Shown in pieces: positions 24,987 through 35,836 of a stretch of 64,000 bases of DNA. The notes under the pieces were generated by a model. The model had not been told where the DNA came from and did no database searches. It saw nothing but the letters and a program-made list of their open reading frames with translations. The position numbers were made by a program, and so were the translations under genes. The DNA lies in NCBI GenBank assembly GCA_017532825.1, contig JAFXIT010000056.1:6024-70023 (forward strand), given 5' to 3'. How positions within the stretch are numbered: the first letter of the stretch is position 1; each line of letters begins with the position of its first letter. This DNA comes from Clostridia bacterium. GTDB taxonomy: Bacteria; Bacillota; Clostridia; Oscillospirales; QAMX01.

Positions 24987-27248
24987 GTGAAAGCACTGCC
25001 GCCGAGCAATAAAATGCTGAGAAGAATGCTGATATCGATGGCCGCGATCTTTATAGTTGCGGTCCCTTATCTGGTATATAAGCTCTATGAAACGCAGGTC
25101 GTGAGAGCCGCCGAGCTACAGACAAAGGCCATCGCACAGCAGACGAGGGATATGCTCATTTCTCCCGTGCGCGGAACGATATTCGATCGCAATATGATCC
25201 CTCTTGCGGTGTCTGCAACCGTCGAGACGGTGGTAATATCGCCTGCCGAGATAAAGGATCAGGCTCAGGCCGAGGAGATCGCAAGGGGTCTCTCGGAGAT
25301 ACTGGGGCTGGACTACGAGACCATCCTTGCCAGAACGACCAACAAAAAAAGCTACTACGAGGTAATTGCCAGAAAGGTCGACCCGACCGTATCCGAAGAG
25401 GTACGCCGATTCAAGACCGAGAACAACTACGCAGGCATCAAGCTTTTTGAGGATACCAAGCGTTACTATCCCTATTCAAACCTCGCAAGTGCAATACTTG
25501 GCTTTACCAACAGCGATAACGAGGGTCAGTACGGTCTGGAATACCGCTACGAATCCGTTCTCGAGGGGTATGCGGGACGTATAATCACCGCAAAAAACAA
25601 CAAGGGAAGCGAGATGCCCTTCTACTTTGAACAGTATCTTCCCGCACAGGACGGCGAGAGCCTGGTGCTTACGGTGGACTACGGTGTTCAGGAGATACTC
25701 GAAAAGCACCTTGAGATAGCTCTGGCCGAGCTGAATCCCGCCTGCGGCGTACGAGGCATAGTTATGGACGTCAAGACGGGTGCGGTCCTTGCCATGGCAC
25801 AAAAGGGCGATTATGACCTCAACAACCCCCGTACCGTGACCTCTGAGGAGGCGCAGGCGAAGATAGAAGCCGCTCCCGAAGAGGAGAAAAACAGCGTCTA
25901 CCTCAACGCACTCTATCAGCAGTGGGCAAACACCGTGCTCCAGGAAGCATACGAGCCCGGCTCGGTATTTAAGATAATCACCGCCTCTATCGCCCTTGAG
26001 GAGGGGGTGGTACACGATTCGTCAAGCTTTGTCTGCAACGGCTCGGTAAAGGTCTCCGATTCGACCATCCACTGCTGGAAGACCTACGGTCACGGAACCC
26101 AGACCTTTGCAAAGGCTTTTCAGAATTCCTGCAACCCCGCCTTTATAAAGCTGGCGCAAATGATAGGCTATGAGACCTATTATCAGTACTTCAACGCCTT
26201 CGGCTTTACCGAAAAGACGGGAATCGACCTGCCGGGCGAGGCGACACCCATCCGCGGCGTACACTACCACACCTGGGACGTCTTCTCCAACCCGAGGCTG
26301 GGAGGTCTGGTGACCCTTTCGACCTACGGCTTTGGTCAGACCTTCAAGATAACCCCCATTCAGCTTATCACCGCAGTCTCTGCCGTTGCAAACGGCGGAT
26401 ATCTGATGCAGCCTTATATAGTCGGCGGCTATGCCGACAGCAACGGCAACATCACAAAGACCGTTGAGCCGACCGTAGTACGGCAGGTTATCTCCTCGGC
26501 AACCTCAAAAAAGATGTGCGAGCTTCTCGAAAGTGTCGTATCCAAGGGAACGGGCGGCAACGCCTACGTCCGAGGCTACCGTGTCGGAGGCAAGACGGGC
26601 ACCAGCGAAAAGCGTGACAAGGCCATCGAGCTTGACGGCAGATTCTATATTGCCTCCTTCTGCGGTGTCGCACCCTGCGACGATCCGCAGGTGGCGGTCC
26701 TTGTGCTTATCGACGAGCCGCCAACGACGGGTCTTTACCAGGGCGGACAGATAGCCGCTCCCGTCGTGGGACGGATAATGAACGACCTTATGCCTTATCT
26801 TGGTGTTGCAGCGGTATATACCGACGATGAACTTGCAAATCTTGCCGTAGAGGTTCCCGACCTCAGCGGAAGGACACGTACGTCGGCTACCAACACCCTC
26901 AAAAACAAGCACCTTAAGGTACGCTTTGTGGGCGAGGGTGACAAGGTCACCGCACAGTACCCCGCAAAGGGCTCGGTGATACCGGGAGACGCTACGGTTA
27001 TATGTTACATGGGCGCAGAGCCCGACAGATCGATAGTGCGTGTACCCGACCTCGGAGGCAAAAACTACGAGGAAGCGTTGAGAGTGCTTGAGGGTCTTGG
27101 ACTTTATATGGAGCCCGCAGGTGCGATAGGAAGCAACAACGACACCGAATTCAAGGTGTCAAAGCAGTACCCCGACGTCGGCTCGGAGTTGACCTACGGA
27201 AGCGTCGTTCGGGTGGAATTCTACGGAGTGTCAAATATCGGAGAGTGA
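24987..27248 (+). CDS. class B penicillin-binding protein (FtsI/SpoVD-like) with two C-terminal PASTA domains
   Basis: GTG start with RBS. SVFK (SxxK), SCN, KTGT motifs, and two PASTA repeats at the C-terminus. Confidence 0.8.
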   Translation: MKALPPSNKMLRRMLISMAAIFIVAVPYLVYKLYETQVVRAAELQTKAIAQQTRDMLISPVRGTIFDRNMIPLAVSATVETVVISPAEIKDQAQAEEIARGLSEILGLDYETILARTTNKKSYYEVIARKVDPTVSEEVRRFKTENNYAGIKLFEDTKRYYPYSNLASAILGFTNSDNEGQYGLEYRYESVLEGYAGRIITAKNNKGSEMPFYFEQYLPAQDGESLVLTVDYGVQEILEKHLEIALAELNPACGVRGIVMDVKTGAVLAMAQKGDYDLNNPRTVTSEEAQAKIEAAPEEEKNSVYLNALYQQWANTVLQEAYEPGSVFKIITASIALEEGVVHDSSSFVCNGSVKVSDSTIHCWKTYGHGTQTFAKAFQNSCNPAFIKLAQMIGYETYYQYFNAFGFTEKTGIDLPGEATPIRGVHYHTWDVFSNPRLGGLVTLSTYGFGQTFKITPIQLITAVSAVANGGYLMQPYIVGGYADSNGNITKTVEPTVVRQVISSATSKKMCELLESVVSKGTGGNAYVRGYRVGGKTGTSEKRDKAIELDGRFYIASFCGVAPCDDPQVAVLVLIDEPPTTGLYQGGQIAAPVVGRIMNDLMPYLGVAAVYTDDELANLAVEVPDLSGRTRTSATNTLKNKHLKVRFVGEGDKVTAQYPAKGSVIPGDATVICYMGAEPDRSIVRVPDLGGKNYEEALRVLEGLGLYMEPAGAIGSNNDTEFKVSKQYPDVGSELTYGSVVRVEFYGVSNIGE

Positions 27249-27252
27249 TCTG

Positions 27253-28698
27253 ATGAAGCTTAAGGACTTACTTGAGGGTGTTGCCGTTATTGAGATGACG
27301 GCAGACCCCGAAACCGAAATAAATAATATCCTGCGGGACAGCAGACTGGCACACAAGGGCTGTATGTTTGCGGCCCTGCCTGCCCTTACCGGCGGCAGGC
27401 ACGGCATCGACTACGCCCAAAAGGCCGTTCAGGCGGGGGCAGAGTGCCTGCTTTGCGATACCGACTGCCCCGAGGGGCTGCCCTACGTTAGGGTCGAGTC
27501 CGCCGAGAAGGCCTTTGCCATTTGCAGCGCAAACTTCCACGGCAACCCTGCAAAAAGGCTTCGCCTTATAGGTGTCACGGGTACAAACGGCAAGACTACC
27601 GTTACCCACCTTTTAAAGCAGGTACTTGAAAGCAGGGGACACTCCTGCGGCCTTATCGGTACCAACCATATCCTTATCGGCTCTGCCGAGCTTGAAAGCA
27701 AGAATACCACCCCCGAGGCCTTTGAGCTTCACGGCATTTTTGCCAAAATGGTTGAGAGCGGCTGTGAATTCGGAATAATGGAGGTGTCCTCCCACGCACT
27801 TGCAAGCGGAAGGGTAGAGGGCCTTCGCTTTGAGGTTGGAATATTTACCAATCTGACCCAGGACCATCTCGACTTCCACGGCTGCATGGAGGCCTACGCC
27901 GCCGCAAAGCGGAGGCTTGCGGATATGAGCGAGCACTTCGTTATAAACATTGACGACGACTATGCCTCGGTCTTTGAAGAGGCGGCAGGTGAAAAGAAGC
28001 TGACCGTTTCCGCAGCTCGTGACAGGGCGGATATAGTTGCAAAGGAGATACGCTATAACCCCGACTCGGTCGATTTTGTGGCGCTGACTACGGGAAAGCT
28101 CTGCCGTATGCATCTGGGCATTCCGGGAGAATTTTCGGTACATAACGCTCTGAGCGCCATAGGCGGATGTGCGGCACTGGGAATGAGCTTTGAGGAGATC
28201 GCCCCCGGGCTTGCAGGGTCGGAGGGACCCTGCGGACGTGCCGAAATAGTCAAGGTTGACAGACCGTTTTCGGTTATGATAGACTATGCTCATACCCCCG
28301 ATGCGCTTGAAAATATACTCATGGCGGTGCGCCCGGGCGTAAAGGGCAGGATAATAGCGGTATTCGGCTGCGGCGGTGACCGAGACAGGACCAAGCGCCC
28401 CAAAATGGGTGCGGTGGTCGAGCGTCTTGCCGACGTTGCGGTGGTCACCTCCGACAATCCCCGTACAGAGGACCCCGATGCTATAATTGCCGAGATCGTG
28501 GCGGGAATGAAGAAAAAGACCCGTCCGATAGTTATAGAAAACCGCCGTGAGGCGATAGCCAAGGCCCTTTCGATAGCCAGAGAGGACGATCTGGTGATAC
28601 TTTGCGGAAAGGGTCACGAGACCTATCAGGAGATAAACGGCGTAAAATACAGCTTTGACGAACGTGAGGTCGTAAGAGAGCTGCTCAAGGAAGACTGA
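27253..28698 (+). CDS. murE: UDP-MurNAc-L-Ala-D-Glu:meso-diaminopimelate ligase
   Basis: GVTGTNGKTT P-loop, and a DNPR motif indicating meso-DAP specificity. Confidence 0.85.
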   Translation: MKLKDLLEGVAVIEMTADPETEINNILRDSRLAHKGCMFAALPALTGGRHGIDYAQKAVQAGAECLLCDTDCPEGLPYVRVESAEKAFAICSANFHGNPAKRLRLIGVTGTNGKTTVTHLLKQVLESRGHSCGLIGTNHILIGSAELESKNTTPEAFELHGIFAKMVESGCEFGIMEVSSHALASGRVEGLRFEVGIFTNLTQDHLDFHGCMEAYAAAKRRLADMSEHFVINIDDDYASVFEEAAGEKKLTVSAARDRADIVAKEIRYNPDSVDFVALTTGKLCRMHLGIPGEFSVHNALSAIGGCAALGMSFEEIAPGLAGSEGPCGRAEIVKVDRPFSVMIDYAHTPDALENILMAVRPGVKGRIIAVFGCGGDRDRTKRPKMGAVVERLADVAVVTSDNPRTEDPDAIIAEIVAGMKKKTRPIVIENRREAIAKALSIAREDDLVILCGKGHETYQEINGVKYSFDEREVVRELLKED

Positions 28699-28703
28699 TA
28701 TCT

Positions 28704-30068
28704 ATGGAGAAAATGACACTTGCCCGTGTGGCGGCACTTATAGGCTCGGGCGCATATACCGACCATCCCGATACCGTCGTGGAGGGACTCTCGGCGGATT
28801 CGAGAAGCGTAAGCAGAGGAAGCCTTTTTATCCCCCTCGTCGGTGCGAGATTTGACGGACACGACTATATAGATTCTGCCTACGCTTCGGGTGCGGCGGC
28901 GGCCATCACCCATAAAAGCTACTCCGGCGACTGCCCCACGGTAAAGGTCTACGATACCATGAGCGCCCTTACCGCCCTTGCCGCAGGCTACCGTGCAAGC
29001 TTTTCTCCGATAGTTACCGGCATAACCGGAAGCGTCGGCAAGACTACCACCAAGGAGCTTACCGCTGCGGTAATGTCGAGAAAATATACAACCCACAAGA
29101 CCCAGGGCAACAAAAATAACGAGATAGGTCTGCCTCTTACCCTTATGCAGCTTGAAAGCCGCCACGGTGCGGCCGTGATAGAGATGGGTATGTCCGACTT
29201 CGGAGAGATATCCCGCCTTTCAAGGCTTGCCCGTCCCGACATCGCCGTCATTACCAACGTCGGTACCTCCCACATCGAATTTTTGGGCTCACGTGAGGGC
29301 ATAGCAAGGGCCAAAAGCGAGATAGCAGAGGGTATGACCGAGGGCTCGGATATTATAATTCCGTCCGACGAGCCTCTGCTCAAGGGAAGAAAAGAATTCC
29401 AAAAGCTGAAAATACACACGTTCGGACTTGAAAACGCCGATTATACTGCTCAAAACGTCCGCCTTTACGACGACGGAAGTGAGTTTGACATCTGCTTTGA
29501 GGGAGGATCTGTCAAGGCCTGCCTTCGCTATGCGGGAAGGCATAACGTTCTCAATGCACTTGCCGCATTTGCAGCCGGAATATCTGCGGGAGTAGCTCCC
29601 CTTGATGCGGCGCAGGGACTTTACGACAGCGCACCCGAGGGCGTGCGCCAGAGGATATATACCTCGGGCGGATACAGAATATACTCCGACTGCTACAACG
29701 CAAACCCCGAGTCGGTCAAGGTCGCCCTTGACGTGCTTGGCGATTGGAAGGGCAGACGTATTGCGGTGCTCGGCGATATGCTGGAGCTTGGCGACTATTC
29801 CGAAAAGGCCCACAGAGAGGTCGGCGTCTATGCGGCAGGAAAGGCCGATATACTGGTCGTCTGCGGCGGTATGCGTGGCGTGACGGCGTCGGGAGCGGCC
29901 GAGGGGGGTATGTCTGCCGAAAAGATATTTACCACCGACAGCGAAGCTGCGGCGTCGCTTTTAAAGGAGCTCTCCCGTGAGGGCGATATGATCCTTTTCA
30001 AGGGCAGCCGAGGCATGAAGATGGAAAAGATCACGGATGAATTCCTGGGGGAAGCAACAAATGAATGA
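28704..30068 (+). CDS. murF: UDP-MurNAc-tripeptide:D-Ala-D-Ala ligase
   Basis: GITGSVGKTTTKE… Mur ligase fold; 454 aa. Confidence 0.85.
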   Translation: MEKMTLARVAALIGSGAYTDHPDTVVEGLSADSRSVSRGSLFIPLVGARFDGHDYIDSAYASGAAAAITHKSYSGDCPTVKVYDTMSALTALAAGYRASFSPIVTGITGSVGKTTTKELTAAVMSRKYTTHKTQGNKNNEIGLPLTLMQLESRHGAAVIEMGMSDFGEISRLSRLARPDIAVITNVGTSHIEFLGSREGIARAKSEIAEGMTEGSDIIIPSDEPLLKGRKEFQKLKIHTFGLENADYTAQNVRLYDDGSEFDICFEGGSVKACLRYAGRHNVLNALAAFAAGISAGVAPLDAAQGLYDSAPEGVRQRIYTSGGYRIYSDCYNANPESVKVALDVLGDWKGRRIAVLGDMLELGDYSEKAHREVGVYAAGKADILVVCGGMRGVTASGAAEGGMSAEKIFTTDSEAAASLLKELSREGDMILFKGSRGMKMEKITDEFLGEATNE

Positions 30069-31053
30069 TTATATAGTTATAGCCATCACGGCGGCAGTAT
30101 CCTTTGTTTTTGCGGTAATACTCGGAAAGATAATCATACCCAAGCTCGTTGAGCTTAAGATGGGTCAAAGCATAAAGGAGATAGGCCCAAACTGGCATCT
30201 CCACAAGCAGGGTACCCCCGTAATGGGCGGATTGATATTTATCTTTTCGCTGATAATTGCCTGCGCCGTGGCAATGGCGATAGTCGGCTTTGAGGGCATA
30301 AAGGAGCTCGGTATCGTCTTGTTTCCTGCGGTGGCGTTCGGTGCGGTAGGCTTCCTTGACGATTACGAAAAGATAGCAAAAAAACAAAATCTCGGCCTGA
30401 ACATGATCCAAAAGTTGGTGCTTCAGTTTGCCGTCACGGCCGTGTTTCTTACCCTGCTTCGCATAAGCGGATATTCGATATCCAGCGTATATATCCCGTT
30501 TTTTGATCTGACGGTCTCCGTCAGCCCCTGGATATACTGTCCTCTTGCGGCACTGTTTATCGCACTTATCAACAACGCCGCAAACCTTACCGACGGTGTC
30601 GACGGCCTTGCAAGCGGCGTCACCCTCCCCATAGCGGCGTTTCTGTCTGTGACCGCTCTTCTTACAGGTCACATCGGGACCTCCGTCATAACCGCTGCGA
30701 TCTTCGGCGGCCTTGTCGGCTTCCTTGTATACAACTATAACCCTGCCAAGGTCTTTATGGGCGACACCGGCTCGCTCTTTATCGGAGGACTTATCGCAGG
30801 TGCGGCGTTTGCCGCCGAATGTCCGCTGATACTGATAGTTTGCGGATTTGTCTACCTCGCCGAGGCCGCCTCGGTGGTACTGCAGGTAGGATACTTTAAG
30901 CTCAGCCACGGCAAGCGCATATTCAAGATGGCTCCCATACACCACCACTTTGAGATGTGCGGCTGGAAGGAAAAGAAGGTTTTTTGGATATTTACACTTG
31001 TATCGACTGCATTTTGTGCGTTGAGCGTTGCGGGAGTGTATAAACTTTTTTAA
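30061..31053 (+). CDS. mraY: phospho-N-acetylmuramoyl-pentapeptide transferase
   Basis: Polytopic membrane protein with MraY motifs (…NLTDGLDGLA…). Start taken at ATG 30061 (MNDYIV), overlapping the murF end. Confidence 0.85.
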   Translation: MNDYIVIAITAAVSFVFAVILGKIIIPKLVELKMGQSIKEIGPNWHLHKQGTPVMGGLIFIFSLIIACAVAMAIVGFEGIKELGIVLFPAVAFGAVGFLDDYEKIAKKQNLGLNMIQKLVLQFAVTAVFLTLLRISGYSISSVYIPFFDLTVSVSPWIYCPLAALFIALINNAANLTDGVDGLASGVTLPIAAFLSVTALLTGHIGTSVITAAIFGGLVGFLVYNYNPAKVFMGDTGSLFIGGLIAGAAFAAECPLILIVCGFVYLAEAASVVLQVGYFKLSHGKRIFKMAPIHHHFEMCGWKEKKVFWIFTLVSTAFCALSVAGVYKLF

Positions 31054-31062
31054 GGAGCTTCA

Positions 31063-32418
31063 ATGGACGGTAGAAAGCGTGCCAAGGCGCACAAGGAATA
31101 CGAAAGCATCCGTCCGCAGCAGAATACGCTGCGACTGAATACCCAACCAATGCCCGGGCCGTCGAAAAACGACGCCCGGCATCGCCGCGCCTTGAACAGG
31201 GAGTATGAAAAGGTCGTTACCTCGGAGCCTGCGGGGGAGAGCAGGGTAGACAGAATGCTCGCCTCGGAGGGTCCCTCGCCCAAGCTCAGAGCGAGATTTT
31301 TCCCGATGGACGCAGTGTTTTTTACCGTGGTCATTGCACTTCTCTGCTTTGGACTTGTTATGATGTACTCGGCAGGCTCTGCCTGGTCGCAGTATTATTA
31401 CGGCACCGATACCTACTATCTCAGACGTCAGGCGGTGTTTGCCGTTATAGGCGTTGCGCTGATGATAGTGCTGGCGCACTTCGATTATACGAGACTTAAA
31501 AAGTGGTACCTTCTCCTCGGAATATGGGGGGCTACGGTTGCAATGCTCGGTGCGGTACTCCTTTTCGGACGTACCGCAAACGGCGCACAGCGCTGGCTTG
31601 AGATACCCGGGATCGGCAGTATACAGCCCTCGGAGGTAGCAAAGTTTACCGTAGTGCTGATGCTTGCCTGGTTTGCAGACCGTGCGGGCGGTAGGCTCAA
31701 GCGCTTCAGAAGCTTTGGCTGGAGCGTGCTTCCGCCGCTTCTGGCACTGGGAACGATAGTCCCCCTTGTTATGCTTGAGCGACACCTTTCGGCAACGGTA
31801 ATAATCGTCGTTACCGCATTCGTGGTGATCTTCAACTCCGAGATACACTGGGGATATCTCGTCGGCGCTCTCGGTCTTGGCGGTGCGGGGGTGGCCTTTG
31901 CAATAAAGCTAAAGCTCTTTGCGGAGTATGCCACGGCGAGAATTCCCGTCTGGAAGGACCCATTTATAGATCCGCTCGGCCTCGGCTACCAGACAATACA
32001 GTCCCTTTACGCCATATCGGCGGGGGGCATATTCGGCCTGGGGCTCGGAAACTCAAGACAAAAGCAGCTATACCTACCCGAAGCTCACAACGACTACGTC
32101 TTTGCCATAGTCTGTGAGGAGCTTGGGATGGTCGGTGCGATCTTCGTGATAGCACTTTTTGCACTGCTCATAATACGCGGCTTCTGGATCGCAATGCACT
32201 CCAGAGACCGATTCGGCGCACTTTTGGTCATCGGTATTACCACCCACGTCGCCCTTCAGGCTCTGCTCAACATCGCAGTCGTGACCAATGCGATCCCGGT
32301 CACGGGCGTGTCACTTCCGTTTTTCAGCTACGGCGGAAGCTCGCTTGTAATGCTGCTTGCGGAGATGGGTGTGGTGCTGAGCGTATCAAAACAGATGCAT
32401 GTTGAAAGGAATGGTTAG
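31063..32418 (+). CDS. ftsW: SEDS-family peptidoglycan glycosyltransferase (FtsW/SpoVE/RodA)
   Basis: 10-transmembrane SEDS pattern (…GSSLVMLL…). The real start may be internal, at MLASEG or MDAVFF, after a basic N-terminal extension. Confidence 0.75.
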   Translation: MDGRKRAKAHKEYESIRPQQNTLRLNTQPMPGPSKNDARHRRALNREYEKVVTSEPAGESRVDRMLASEGPSPKLRARFFPMDAVFFTVVIALLCFGLVMMYSAGSAWSQYYYGTDTYYLRRQAVFAVIGVALMIVLAHFDYTRLKKWYLLLGIWGATVAMLGAVLLFGRTANGAQRWLEIPGIGSIQPSEVAKFTVVLMLAWFADRAGGRLKRFRSFGWSVLPPLLALGTIVPLVMLERHLSATVIIVVTAFVVIFNSEIHWGYLVGALGLGGAGVAFAIKLKLFAEYATARIPVWKDPFIDPLGLGYQTIQSLYAISAGGIFGLGLGNSRQKQLYLPEAHNDYVFAIVCEELGMVGAIFVIALFALLIIRGFWIAMHSRDRFGALLVIGITTHVALQALLNIAVVTNAIPVTGVSLPFFSYGGSSLVMLLAEMGVVLSVSKQMHVERNG

Positions 32419-33534
32419 ATGAGACTGCTTTTGGCAGGTGGCGGAACGGCGGGACATATAAATCCGGCCATAGCCATGGCAAGATACGTCAGAAGTCGAC
32501 GCCCGTCGTCGGATATACTGTTTATAGGCGCCAAGGGCGGTATGGAGGAAAAGCTTGTCGTAGAGGCGGGCTTTGCCCTTGAGACCTTCCCCATGAGAGG
32601 CTTTAAGCACAGCCTCAGCCCCAAGGCCTGCGTCTACAACCTCGCTACGGCGGGGAAGATGCGCTCCGCTGTCAAACAGGCAGGGGAGATAATCGACCGC
32701 TTCAACCCCGACGTCATACTCGGAACGGGCGGATTTGCCTGCTTTCCGCCGCTCTATGCAGGCGCAAAGAAGGGTATACCCACCGCCATACACGAGTCAA
32801 ACGCCCTCCCGGGCAGGTCAAACCGTCTCCTTTCTCGCTACGTTGACAGAGTAATGATCGGCTTTGAGGATGCCGCAAGGTACTTCCCCAAAAAGAAGAC
32901 CCAGTTTACAGGAAATCCCCTCAGAGAGGGTATGGTCTATTCGAAAAAGTCGGAAGCAAAAAAGCTTCTCGGAATAGATACCCCCCTAGTCTATTCCTTC
33001 TGGGGATCGCTCGGTGCAAGCGAAATGAACCGTATTACCGCCGAGCTTTTCAAGCTTGAAATGGAAAATTCTGCAGAATTTACCCACATACATTCGGCAG
33101 GCACACTCGGACACAAAAAAATGCCCGAGCATCTTGCCAACCTTGGCATTGACATCAACGGCTACAAAAAAATTGACCTAAGGGAATACGTCTACGATGC
33201 GCCTACGGTAATGGCCGCCGCTGACGTTATACTCTGCCGTGCGGGGGCAATGACGGTAAGCGAGCTTGCCGCAACAGGAACCCCGTCGGTAATAATACCG
33301 TCCCCCAACGTGTCGGGACATCATCAGCACAACAACGCCCACGCCATCGCCGACCGAGGGGGTGCGGTGTTCCTTGAGGAGTCCGACTGCAGTGCACAGA
33401 GACTCTACGATGAGATAAACGGACTCCTTTCCGACCCCGAAAGGATGGAAAGGATGTCTGCGGCGGCAAGCACGATCGCAGTCTACGATGCGGGAGAAAA
33501 AATATATAAAAGCCTTCTTGAGCTTATAGGTTAA
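32419..33534 (+). CDS. murG: UDP-GlcNAc:undecaprenyl-PP-MurNAc-pentapeptide GlcNAc transferase
   Basis: GGTAGHINPAIA N-terminal motif; 371 aa. Confidence 0.85.
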   Translation: MRLLLAGGGTAGHINPAIAMARYVRSRRPSSDILFIGAKGGMEEKLVVEAGFALETFPMRGFKHSLSPKACVYNLATAGKMRSAVKQAGEIIDRFNPDVILGTGGFACFPPLYAGAKKGIPTAIHESNALPGRSNRLLSRYVDRVMIGFEDAARYFPKKKTQFTGNPLREGMVYSKKSEAKKLLGIDTPLVYSFWGSLGASEMNRITAELFKLEMENSAEFTHIHSAGTLGHKKMPEHLANLGIDINGYKKIDLREYVYDAPTVMAAADVILCRAGAMTVSELAATGTPSVIIPSPNVSGHHQHNNAHAIADRGGAVFLEESDCSAQRLYDEINGLLSDPERMERMSAAASTIAVYDAGEKIYKSLLELIG

Positions 33535-33582
33535 CACAAAGCCCGCCGTCTTCATATTATGCAGTATCAGCAGATATGAAGG

Positions 33583-34851
33583 ATGTGTATGATTGTGTCA
33601 AGGATCGTCATAGAGGGACAGAGACGTCTTTGCGGAGAATTGGAGCTGCAGGGCTCGAAAAACGGAGTGCTTCCGATACTTGCGGCCTGCGTGATAAACC
33701 GGGGTGTCAGCGTAATAGAAAACTGTCCCGAGCTTTCAGACGTTGAAAATACCCTTTTGATACTGCAAAGCCTTGGCTGTACCGTCAGCAGGGAGGGCCA
33801 TCGGGTCACGGTCGATGCCTCGACGCTTAACGGCTCTGCGGTATGCGGCGAGATGACGGGGTGTATGCGCTCCTCCATCGGCTTTCTCGGGGCATTGCTT
33901 GCCCGTACGGGAAGTGCAGAGGTGGGATACCCGGGCGGATGCGCCCTGGGGGCAAGACCTATTGACATACATATAGACCTTTTGAGACGGCTCGGAGCCA
34001 GGGTGGAATGCGGCGGAAGCGTAAAGGCCGTCTGTACCGACCCCAAAGGCTCACGCATAAGGCTCAAGGGCTTGAGCGTGGGTGCGACTGAGAATGCCAT
34101 GCTCTTTGCCTGCGGATGCAGGGGTATCACACGAATAGAGAACGCCGCCGCCGAGCCGGAGATAGTCGAGCTTGCGGAGTTTCTAAACGCTATGGGACAC
34201 CGTGTCAAGGGTGCGGGCGGCAGATGTATAGAGATAACGCCTGCAAGCACCTGCAGGGGGACGGTGGTACATCGGGTACATCCCGACAGAATCGCCGCCG
34301 CAACCTATATCTGTGCGGTAATGTCAGCGGGGGGAGACGTCCTTCTTTGCGGTGCAAGGGGCTGCAGTATGGCAAACGTAGTGCGTACTGCGGCGAACAT
34401 GGGCTGTGAATTCAGATACGACCGCAGAGGTCTGCGTGTCAGTGCAAACGGACGTCCGACCTCCCCCGGACGCATAATCACAAGACCCCACCCGGGCTTT
34501 CCAACCGATGCCCAGCCGATGTTTACGGCGGTGTGCTCGGTGGCATCGGGACAGACCCTTATCGAGGATACCGTGTTCTCCGACCGCTTCAGACAGTGCG
34601 GAGAGCTCATAAAAATGGGTGCGGATATAACCGTGGAATCGGGCAGAGTACGGGTCAAGGGCGTCAGAGAACTGCAGGGAGCCGAGGTAAAGGCGTACGA
34701 CCTGCGGGGCGGTGCGGCAATGGCTGTCGCCGCAGTAGGCGCAAGGGGACGTACGGTAATATCGGGTACAGAATATATCGACAGAGGATATCAGCGCATT
34801 GAGCAGAGCTTGGCGGCTCTGGGTGCGGATGTGGAGAGAACAGATGGATGA
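33583..34851 (+). CDS. murA: UDP-N-acetylglucosamine 1-carboxyvinyltransferase
   Basis: …LQGSKNGVLPILAA…, EPT fold, 422 aa. Confidence 0.85.
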   Translation: MCMIVSRIVIEGQRRLCGELELQGSKNGVLPILAACVINRGVSVIENCPELSDVENTLLILQSLGCTVSREGHRVTVDASTLNGSAVCGEMTGCMRSSIGFLGALLARTGSAEVGYPGGCALGARPIDIHIDLLRRLGARVECGGSVKAVCTDPKGSRIRLKGLSVGATENAMLFACGCRGITRIENAAAEPEIVELAEFLNAMGHRVKGAGGRCIEITPASTCRGTVVHRVHPDRIAAATYICAVMSAGGDVLLCGARGCSMANVVRTAANMGCEFRYDRRGLRVSANGRPTSPGRIITRPHPGFPTDAQPMFTAVCSVASGQTLIEDTVFSDRFRQCGELIKMGADITVESGRVRVKGVRELQGAEVKAYDLRGGAAMAVAAVGARGRTVISGTEYIDRGYQRIEQSLAALGADVERTDG

Positions 34852-35698
34852 CAGGCAAAAAAATAAAATAGCCCCGTCCCGCAAGGAACGCAAAGATCGC
34901 AAAAAGCTTGTCCTCCGTGAACAGAAGGCACAAAGGAAGGCCCAGGCAAAGAGGGATCGGGAGAGCGTAAGGGAACAGAAGCGCTCCTATCGCAGAAGGA
35001 AGAATTCGATGATATATCTCTCCTTTGCGATGGCCTTTACCGTGGCGGCGGCAATATTTACCGTCAGCGTGTTTTTTACCGTGGATACCGTAGAGGTCCA
35101 CGGAAACACACGCTACACTCAGGATGAGATTATTTCCGCATCGGGTATAAAGCAGGGGGATAACCTCCTGCTGATGGACAAGTTCTCGGTCACCGACAGA
35201 ATGCTTGAAAAGCTTATATGGCTTGAGAAGATAGAGATCAGAAGGATATTTCCCGACCGCATCCGTATAACCGTCAGCGAGTGCAGTCCGAGATTTGCCG
35301 TTGAATACGATGACGGATTCTGGATATGCGATGGCTCGGGGCGGTTGCTTGAGTATACGCCCGACCCCGCAGCCGCACCGACGGTAATATACGGTGCGGA
35401 GCTTGTAAAGCCCGAGCTTGGAAAGGTCTACGTAGCCTCGGACGGTCCGTCAGCTCCGCTTTCGGAGATACTTGATGAGCTTGAGGCCTGCGGCCTGCTC
35501 GAGCGTGTCAACAAAATATCCGTTGTAAAGATTTACGACACCGTTTTCGAGCTTGATGGCTTCCGTGTGAGCATGGGGCGCTCGGGCGATTTTGGGGACA
35601 AGCTCAGGCTGGTTACGATGGTAATAGCCGACCTTGAGGCAAAGGGTAGGTTCGATGCACATATAGACGTATCCTCGGGTGAGGCCGTGGTAAACTGA
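34844..35698 (+). CDS. ftsQ: cell division protein FtsQ/DivIB
   Basis: Basic cytoplasmic tail, one transmembrane helix, POTRA plus beta domains. ATG 34844 overlaps the murA stop. Confidence 0.7.
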   Translation: MDDRQKNKIAPSRKERKDRKKLVLREQKAQRKAQAKRDRESVREQKRSYRRRKNSMIYLSFAMAFTVAAAIFTVSVFFTVDTVEVHGNTRYTQDEIISASGIKQGDNLLLMDKFSVTDRMLEKLIWLEKIEIRRIFPDRIRITVSECSPRFAVEYDDGFWICDGSGRLLEYTPDPAAAPTVIYGAELVKPELGKVYVASDGPSAPLSEILDELEACGLLERVNKISVVKIYDTVFELDGFRVSMGRSGDFGDKLRLVTMVIADLEAKGRFDAHIDVSSGEAVVN

Positions 35699-35836
35699 GA
35701 GTAAAAATTTTCCTAAAAAATATTGTGAAAAAAATATAGATATATATTGTATTTTGGCGAAAAATGTTATACAATATATATCAGCGAAAGGTAAACGCCT
35801 TTACAGCTCAAAAAAGTCATTTCAGGAGGAAAGCAT